From positions 1 to 40,037 of the IMG/VR virus record IMGVR_UViG_3300029822_000027: a stretch of 40,037 nucleotides of DNA. The stretch is one strand, 5' to 3'. Numbering within the stretch: position 1 is the first letter of the stretch; the number at the start of each line of letters is the position of its first letter. Of the stretch, positions 33,973-40,037 are shown one piece after another. The notes beneath the pieces were generated by a model, which saw only the letters and a program-made list of their open reading frames with translations, searched no databases and had not been told where the DNA came from. The stretch is from a virus (lineage: Duplodnaviria > Caudoviricetes). A program made the position numbers and the translations under genes.

Positions 33973-36198
33973 ATGCGCGCCGAGCCCATCCAGACGAGCT
34001 TCGCCGGCGGCGAGCTCTCTCGGCGCCTGCGGGGAAGGCTGGATCTCGAGGGGTATCGGGCCGGGCTCGCGCGCTGCGCCGACTGGCAGCCGACCCCGCA
34101 GGGCTCGGTCCGCACCAGGCCCGGCACCCGATACGCGAGCGCCCGCGCTGGAGACGGCCGACTCTTCGTGCTGCCGGTGCAGGGCCGGCACGGCTACCTC
34201 GTCGAGCTGAACCACCAGCAGCTCGTCATCCACAACGCCGACGGGCTGCTCGAGCGCCCGGGGCAGGAGGACACTGGAGACTCCGAGCTCGTGCGGAACG
34301 GGCTCTTCGCCGATGCCGCGGGGGTCTTCTGGGAGAGCAGCTACGACCCGGACCCGGAGAAGTGGGGCGAAGGGGGTACCGGCGTGGTGGCCGGCAACTA
34401 CAACGATCTGCACCTGCTTGACCAGGATGTCTGGGCCGCAAAGATCGGGCTCAACGGCATCCTGCAGCAGCAGGTGACCGTGCGCGAAGCTGGCGCGCAC
34501 CGGCTCCGGTTCTCAGCCCTCTGGGCGGATGCGTCGTACCTGACCGTCACCGTGGGCACGACCGACGGCGGGAGTGATCTCTACTCGATCACCCTGTCGG
34601 CTGCTACCCTGGCATCGATCACCAACAGCGCCGACCGAGGCGAGCTGACATTCGAGGCGACCATCACGATCCCCGCGGGCACCCCCACGGTTTGGATCCG
34701 CTTCGCTCAGACGCTCTGGAGCTATCCGCCGCTCAGTCTCGATCCGAGCTGGAACATCACCGGGGTGAGCCTGCACACACCGACCGGGAACAAAACGCTC
34801 TTCGCTCCCTACCTCTACGAGGATCTCCCCGCCGTGCAGGCGGTACAGGAGCCCGAGCGCGACGCGATCATCTTTCTCCATCCGCGCTATCCGCCGCACG
34901 TGCTGCGCCTCGACCAATATGGGCAGTGGACCCTACAGAAGGCGATGTGGGCCGGCACGCCCGAGGCTTGGAACGAGCGCAGCTATCCGGCCTGCGGCTG
35001 CATCTGGCAGGGCCGGCTCTGGCTGTCGGGCGCTCCTGGAAGCCCGGCAACGATCTGGGCTTCATGCTCGGGTGAGATCTACAACCTGACCGTCGGGGCG
35101 AACGCCGACGATGGGCTCGAGCTGATTCTCGTAACCCGGGGCGCGGTTCGCTGGCTCGCCGGGCAGCAGGCGCTGCTCGTCGGCACCGACCGAGGAGAGC
35201 ACAGCCTCTCGGCGCAGGGCGGGCTTGTCACCCCGGCTGATTTTCACGTGCGCGATGAGTCGGCCTTCGGTTCGGCCGACGCGCCGGCGCTGCTCCTCGG
35301 CGGGCAGCTCGTCTATCTCTCGCGCGACGCTCGCAAGCTGCGGGCGGTCTCCTTTGACCTCAACGCGGATGCCTGGGCGAGCGCGGATCTCACCTTCGCC
35401 GGTGAGCACCTCACAACCCCCGGGGTGCGCGAGCTCGCCTTCGCCGGGGATCCCGACGGGGTGATCTTGGCGCTGCTCGAGGATGACACCCTCGCGTGTT
35501 GCTCCTACGACCGGGGCGCGCGGGTTGCAGCTTGGTGGACGCTTACTCTCCCGGCGACAGTGGAGGCCTTCGGACACGCTCAGGCCCTCGCCGTGGCGGT
35601 CTCGGACGGGCCCGATGGGTCGGTCGCATGGCTTGCGGTCAACCGCACCCGATGGACCGGCACGCCGGGCGACAGTACCCCCGCGGTGGCAATGACGATC
35701 GAGGCGCTGCGCTTTGGTGCGGCGGGCCCGGTCGTCGACTGCGCCCACGTGGTCGAGGCTGACGACTCCAACGTCTTCGCGGCCCCCGGTCTAGTCGGGC
35801 AACAGGCCACGGTGGCGGTCAACGGGGTGCCGCTCTCGGGCACCTACCCGGTGATTGACGGGGATGTGACCATCCCGAACCCGGCGACCGGCACCGTCGA
35901 GATCGGGGTGGGGTTCACCCCGACGCTCGAGACCCTGCCGCCGCTTGGGCCCCAAGGCGAGCTGCGCCGCTGGCCGAAGGTGATGCTGCGCCTCACCGAG
36001 AGCGGGCTTCCGCTCGTCAACGGCGAAACCCTCGACGTGCGCCCGGGGCGCTCGGGCCCGGTCGAGCCGGTCACCGGCGACTTCTCAACTCGGCAGCTCG
36101 GGCATGATAGCGATGGGCAGGTCACCATCACGCAACCCCGGCCGATCGCGACCGAGATCCTGGCCATCTTCGGGGTGCTCACCGGACACGGGGTCTAG
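33973..36198 (+). CDS. Tail tubular protein B (nozzle) with an inserted CBM-like domain
   Basis: IQTSFAGGELS..L.GR.DL..Y, PQG...RPGT, YPACGCIWQGRLW, C-terminal GQVTITQPRP..ILAI. Confidence 0.88.
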   Translation: MRAEPIQTSFAGGELSRRLRGRLDLEGYRAGLARCADWQPTPQGSVRTRPGTRYASARAGDGRLFVLPVQGRHGYLVELNHQQLVIHNADGLLERPGQEDTGDSELVRNGLFADAAGVFWESSYDPDPEKWGEGGTGVVAGNYNDLHLLDQDVWAAKIGLNGILQQQVTVREAGAHRLRFSALWADASYLTVTVGTTDGGSDLYSITLSAATLASITNSADRGELTFEATITIPAGTPTVWIRFAQTLWSYPPLSLDPSWNITGVSLHTPTGNKTLFAPYLYEDLPAVQAVQEPERDAIIFLHPRYPPHVLRLDQYGQWTLQKAMWAGTPEAWNERSYPACGCIWQGRLWLSGAPGSPATIWASCSGEIYNLTVGANADDGLELILVTRGAVRWLAGQQALLVGTDRGEHSLSAQGGLVTPADFHVRDESAFGSADAPALLLGGQLVYLSRDARKLRAVSFDLNADAWASADLTFAGEHLTTPGVRELAFAGDPDGVILALLEDDTLACCSYDRGARVAAWWTLTLPATVEAFGHAQALAVAVSDGPDGSVAWLAVNRTRWTGTPGDSTPAVAMTIEALRFGAAGPVVDCAHVVEADDSNVFAAPGLVGQQATVAVNGVPLSGTYPVIDGDVTIPNPATGTVEIGVGFTPTLETLPPLGPQGELRRWPKVMLRLTESGLPLVNGETLDVRPGRSGPVEPVTGDFSTRQLGHDSDGQVTITQPRPIATEILAIFGVLTGHGV

Positions 36199-36200
36199 CC

Positions 36201-36581
36201 ATGTTTCCAGCGATGGCCGCGGCAAGCTGGGCTCTGCAGTCGATTAGCGCCGGGCTGGACTACTCCGGCAAGCTGCGCCAGGCCGGCGAGCGGCAAGGCG
36301 TGCTAGACGAGCGGATGCGCCGGCTCCGAGCGCAGCAGGAGCAGGTGGTCGGGCAGGCGCGGGCCGCTGGTGCTGCCTCGGGCGTGCGCCCGGGCTCGGC
36401 GAGCCTGCAAACCTACCTCTCCGAGATGCAGGCCGAATTCGCGCGACAGGCCGAATGGGATCGCGCGAGCGGCCAGCGGGCGATTGACCGGGCGAACACC
36501 TCCGCCGGAATCGGCTTCGCCGGCGACATGGTCAGTGCGATGTTCTCCTTTGGGCAGCAAACAAACTGGTGGAAGAGGTAA
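36201..36581 (+). CDS. Internal virion protein (T7 gp14-like position)
   Basis: GQARAAGAASGV..GS motif; A/G/Q-rich; synteny. Confidence 0.7.
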   Translation: MFPAMAAASWALQSISAGLDYSGKLRQAGERQGVLDERMRRLRAQQEQVVGQARAAGAASGVRPGSASLQTYLSEMQAEFARQAEWDRASGQRAIDRANTSAGIGFAGDMVSAMFSFGQQTNWWKR

Positions 36582-36585
36582 TCCG

Positions 36586-38451
36586 ATGCGCTTGCCGGGT
36601 ATCAGCTACGAGCGGGCGGTCTCGGACTCCTCGGCGAGCGCGGCCGCGCCTGAGGCGCTCTCGAAGACCTCGCAATCGATCGCTCAAGGGCTCGAGGCGT
36701 TCGGGCGGGAGCTCGTGCGCACACAGATGATGCAGGCGCGGGCGCGCCTCTCCTCGAGCCTCGACGAGATCGATCGAGACCTGAGCGGCAAGCCCTATGT
36801 CTCGGCAAAGGAGATCCGCGATGCGCTCGGCGACGACATCGAGCGGCTGCCCCCAGGCGTGCGCGAGATGCTCGAGGTGACGACCCCGAGCGGTGAGAAG
36901 GTCGACAATGACCAGATCCCGACCTGGGCGGTTCGCGGCGCGCTCTTCGAGCGGCGCGCTTCGGCCGCGCTCGACTCGGCCGCCGGCGGGGTGACCGCTA
37001 TGGGCTGGCGGGAGGAATTCAAGGCCTCGTCGCAGTCGGCGCTGCAGGAGCGCCGACACAGGCTCAACCAGACCGCGGCAAAGGAGATGCTCGAGTACCA
37101 ACAGAAGACGCAAGGGCAGAGCTTGCGGCTCCAGATGAACACCGCCACGACCCCGCAGGAGTGGTGGGGCGAGGGTGGGATCCACGCGCAGATTGACGAG
37201 TCGCAAGCCCTCGATCCTGCGCAGAAGGATGCCCTGCACGCCGAGGCGCGAAAGACCGAGCAGATCCGGCCGACGCTGGACGCGCTGCGCGAGTGGGATG
37301 AGGAGGGGATGCGGCGTGAGCGTGACCGGCTCAACGATGAGAAGCAGCTCCCCGACGTGGACCCCGAGACCCGCCGGGCGATGGTGCGACAGCTCGAGGC
37401 GCAGATCGGCGCGCTCGACAAGGCGAAGAAGCCCGAGAACCAGCCCGACCCGAAGAAGATCGCCTATGAGCAGGCGATGGGGCAGATGCAACAACTCGTG
37501 CTCGACCGGGAGCGCGGAGGGCAGCCGCTCGGGCCCGCCGACGAGATGACCCTGCTCGGGTTGATGCCCAAGGCGATGGACCTGCACCCGAAGGACTGGG
37601 ATTCGATGCGGGACTTCGTCAAGGAGCTGACGACCGGCTCGGAGATGAAGACTGATGATCTGACATACCTCGCGCTCTATCGGGCCTATGCGAGCGATCC
37701 CGAGGGGTTCAAGAGCGGGAAGGGCTTCACGTACACCGACCCGCGCACCGGCAAGGAGCGCACCGGCGCCAAGCTGCAGGACTTCTTCAGCCGGCTCGCA
37801 GGCCCCGACCGGCAGGAATTTGTGCGCCTCGCCTTCGGGTCCGACAAGGGCGTCAACGTCAACGTCAACGTCAACAACGGGCCGCTCTCGGACATGGATC
37901 TCGTGCGGTCCGGGCTGCGAGAGTACGGCTTCGACCTTGACGCGAAAAACGAGAGGAAGCAGGGCGCGGCCGCCGCAGCGCTGCGGCTCGTCAACACGGG
38001 ATTGGCGAACGCCGCAAGCGCCAAGGGCGCGCCGCTGACCGAGGATGAGAAGAGCGCGACCATCCGTCGCGTGCTCAAGTCGAACACGAAGAGGGTCTCG
38101 AGTTGGTTCGGCCCCGATGTCTACGTCTTCAAGGACTCCGAGGCCCCGCCCGAGATCGTTCAAGGCGTGCGCGACATGGCCCGGGCCCGCGGGGTGACCA
38201 TCGGTGATGCCGATGTCGAGGACTACGCGAAGTTCTACATCGAGCAGGAAGAGGCCATCGATAAGGCCTGGGGAGAGGTCTCCCGGGGCGCGCCGCTCGA
38301 CATGCAGAAAGGCGCGGATCTGCTCTGGGAGCTCCAGCGCAACCGGGTTGAAGGCCAGCTCGACAAGGCGATCCGGGGGCAAGGCAAGGATCCAGATGAT
38401 AGGCTGCGGGCACTGACCGCTGCCCGACTCATCGCCAACCGGAGCCGCTGA
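36586..38451 (+). CDS. Internal virion protein (gp15-like position)
   Basis: ATG 36586, MRLPGISYER; helical; lies between the small internal protein and the giant ejection protein. Confidence 0.7.
   Translation: MRLPGISYERAVSDSSASAAAPEALSKTSQSIAQGLEAFGRELVRTQMMQARARLSSSLDEIDRDLSGKPYVSAKEIRDALGDDIERLPPGVREMLEVTTPSGEKVDNDQIPTWAVRGALFERRASAALDSAAGGVTAMGWREEFKASSQSALQERRHRLNQTAAKEMLEYQQKTQGQSLRLQMNTATTPQEWWGEGGIHAQIDESQALDPAQKDALHAEARKTEQIRPTLDALREWDEEGMRRERDRLNDEKQLPDVDPETRRAMVRQLEAQIGALDKAKKPENQPDPKKIAYEQAMGQMQQLVLDRERGGQPLGPADEMTLLGLMPKAMDLHPKDWDSMRDFVKELTTGSEMKTDDLTYLALYRAYASDPEGFKSGKGFTYTDPRTGKERTGAKLQDFFSRLAGPDRQEFVRLAFGSDKGVNVNVNVNNGPLSDMDLVRSGLREYGFDLDAKNERKQGAAAAALRLVNTGLANAASAKGAPLTEDEKSATIRRVLKSNTKRVSSWFGPDVYVFKDSEAPPEIVQGVRDMARARGVTIGDADVEDYAKFYIEQEEAIDKAWGEVSRGAPLDMQKGADLLWELQRNRVEGQLDKAIRGQGKDPDDRLRALTAARLIANRSR
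37852..37878 (+). repeat. In-frame hexamer microsatellite (GTCAAC)4
   Basis: Encodes VNVNVNVNN. Confidence 0.85.
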
Positions 38452-38453
38452 CC

Positions 38454-39806
38454 ATGCCGACGACGCCCGATCCGTACCTGCAGGCCGCTTCCGAAGCGGT
38501 CGGCGGCCCCTCCGACGACACGCTGCGCGAGCTCGTAGCGGCGCAGGATGCCGCTCGCGAGGTGGCGCCCGACGAGGCGCAGAAGGCCTATCGGCAGGCC
38601 GCACGCGAGCAGATGCCCTTCGGCATGGCACTCGACCGGCTGCGCGCCGACCCGAAGCGCGAGGGGCACGACTGGCAGAAGCTCGCGAAGGATGCGCCCA
38701 CGCTTGCGCGAGTCGTCGCCGAGGATGACGGGTTCGCCGCGGCGGCGCAGCGCGACGTCGAGAAGCTCTCGCGGCTCGAGCAGCTCGTGCGCGGGGTCAA
38801 GAACAGTCGTGGTGCCGAGCTCGCGAAGACCGCCGGCAAGGCTCTCGAGGGCGCGACCTCGGCGCCCGAGGCGGTCTATCACCGTGCGGCGCAGGGGCGC
38901 CGGGTAGACCAGATCGGATCTCTCGCCTGGCAGCAGGTGATGGGCGACGCTTCGCCCGAGGTCGAGAAGCTCGTCGCCGAGCTCGAGAAGGCGAACAGCG
39001 CCGCATGGAACCCGAAGCTGGGCTTTGTAGCCGGGATGGCCCCGGCGGCGGCCGAGCAGCTCGCGATGATGACCGGGCGCCTTGAGCGATCGGCAGACCT
39101 CGCCATCGGCGGCTTGCTCGGCGGCGCGGCCGCTGGCGCCGCGGCGGGCTCGGCGGCCCTCGGTGTGGGCGCCGTCCCTGGCGCGGCGGCGGGCTCTCTC
39201 GCCTTCAACGACCCTGTCCGCTTCCTCTCGACCACGACCGCGCTGCTGGAGTCGTCGACTGCGGCGACCAGCGGCACGGACACCGCGTTTACACTGCGCC
39301 CGCTTGTCGAACTCAGTGGCGCCGACCGCATCCTTGATGTCGTCGACCACGCGGGCACGTCGCGATTTTATGTCACTCCTGCCGGGTCGATCGTGAACTC
39401 TGGCAGTGCGACACTCGGCACAGTCAGCAGTGCACTCTATGGAGTGGCCGGAGACAATCCGGTAGTTGTCAGGGGATCGAAGGTTGACGGCGCATCCGCC
39501 GTCGGCGTTCGAGTCGGGAATCTCAATACTCTTACAACTGCTGGCAGCAAGGTCGCTGCCTTCTGCGCCGACAACCCGACAACCTGCGCTTCCGAGGTCG
39601 CTTCGATCGGCTACGACGGCGCGGCGACCTTCGCCGGTCGCGTCTCTGGCGCGGGCGTGCAGGCAGTCGCGGGCACCGAGCCGACCTGCGACGAGTCCGC
39701 CCGCGGCCTGATCTGGACCGTGGCAGGCGGCGCAGGCGTGGCCGATACGGTGAAGGTCTGCGCCAAGGACGCCGGCGACGCGTTCGCATGGCGCACCATC
39801 TACTAG
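38454..39806 (+). CDS. Chimeric ORF: N-terminus of the giant ejection protein (38454-39194) fused in frame to a diverged copy of the 6958 fibre C-terminus
   Basis: Helical N-part ends in Gly/Ala-rich GVGAVPGAAAG, then SLAFND...FAWRTIY collinear with 7321-7932. Confidence 0.7.
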   Translation: MPTTPDPYLQAASEAVGGPSDDTLRELVAAQDAAREVAPDEAQKAYRQAAREQMPFGMALDRLRADPKREGHDWQKLAKDAPTLARVVAEDDGFAAAAQRDVEKLSRLEQLVRGVKNSRGAELAKTAGKALEGATSAPEAVYHRAAQGRRVDQIGSLAWQQVMGDASPEVEKLVAELEKANSAAWNPKLGFVAGMAPAAAEQLAMMTGRLERSADLAIGGLLGGAAAGAAAGSAALGVGAVPGAAAGSLAFNDPVRFLSTTTALLESSTAATSGTDTAFTLRPLVELSGADRILDVVDHAGTSRFYVTPAGSIVNSGSATLGTVSSALYGVAGDNPVVVRGSKVDGASAVGVRVGNLNTLTTAGSKVAAFCADNPTTCASEVASIGYDGAATFAGRVSGAGVQAVAGTEPTCDESARGLIWTVAGGAGVADTVKVCAKDAGDAFAWRTIY

Positions 39807-40037
39807 GAGTCATGGCTATGACGAACGCGCAAATTGTCGCAATCTCGGCCTCGCTCGTCGTCGCTGTGGGCGGCGGAGTGTTGCTGTCCTCGGGCGAGCC
39901 GGCGACCATCACCGATGCGCATGTCGACGCGGGCCAGGCGCCCGAGGGCGCGATTACCCTCGTCAACAAGTCGACTGGCGAGCGTGGCTATCTCGCGGAC
40001 GACGCGACCGGCCGCGCGCTGCTCGAGGCGGCGCTCG
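39192..40037 (+). repeat. Diverged direct copy of 7318-8166
   Basis: Collinear at offset 31874 with one codon indel; 16 mismatches in the first 120 nt counted by hand; many third-position changes. Confidence 0.95.
39818..40037 (+). CDS. Partial homologue of the 7944-8303 protein (runs off the window)
   Basis: MTNAQIVAISAS..HVDAGQAPEGA..GYLADDATGRALLEAAL. Confidence 0.8.
   Translation, partial: MTNAQIVAISASLVVAVGGGVLLSSGEPATITDAHVDAGQAPEGAITLVNKSTGERGYLADDATGRALLEAAL

Larger units (their letters stand above)
1..39194. mobile_element. Near-complete, circularly permuted podovirus-like bacteriophage genome
   Basis: Full set of replication, packaging, head, short-tail and internal virion genes and no host housekeeping genes. 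The giant gene at the left end lacks its N-terminus, which appears at 38454-39194. Confidence 0.9.

Noticed and set aside
28993-33975. Genome-wide TAG recoding (several genes are in frame across TAG)
   Set aside because: Only about a third of TAG junctions are in frame, as expected by chance. Downstream genes have their own SD and start, and conserved proteins are not interrupted by TAG.
36532-38631. Long antisense ORFs (also 11686-13344, 24433-25998, 27838-29208, 32956-34500, 3779-5122)
   Set aside because: They mirror well-supported genes on the opposite strand, as is typical of high-GC3 DNA, and show no motifs.
39192-40037. Diversity-generating retroelement template/variable repeat pair with 7318-8166
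   Set aside because: No reverse transcriptase. Differences are not adenine-specific and are largely synonymous, and the repeat spans two genes.
1-40037. tRNA/rRNA genes, integrase/att site, phage RNA polymerase
   Set aside because: None recognised by eye. Intergenic spaces are short and accounted for, though tRNAscan and HMM searches were not run.

Overview
The window is essentially one circularly permuted, GC-rich, podovirus-like phage genome of about 39.2 kb. It has no RNA polymerase, integrase or repressor. It carries a BPP-1/APSE-type replication module on the minus strand (DUF2800 nuclease, DUF2815 SSB, family-A DNA polymerase, VRR-NUC, SNF2 helicase), a Dda-like helicase, a primase-VapE fusion, two DNA methyltransferases and TerS/TerL. 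Structural genes include a T7-type portal, scaffold, capsid, tail tubular and internal virion proteins, and a giant polyvalent ejection protein split across the window ends. Main oddities: (1) the tail adaptor gene is split in two by a C1q-like domain and a whole fibre gene; (2) all fibre/adhesin-like genes carry Sec-type signal peptides with paired cysteines, and no canonical cytoplasmic fibre is visible; (3) the C5-MTase is dual-coded in two frames over about 1 kb; (4) a reused ~60-bp promoter/RBS cassette with a GATTC-N3-GAATC palindrome; (5) a highly structured capsid mRNA leader; (6) the last ~845 bp are a diverged copy of 7.3-8.2 kb fused in frame to the giant protein's N-terminus (possible assembly chimera). 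Family assignments come from motif recognition by eye, not database searches. A Myxococcota-like host is an inference.
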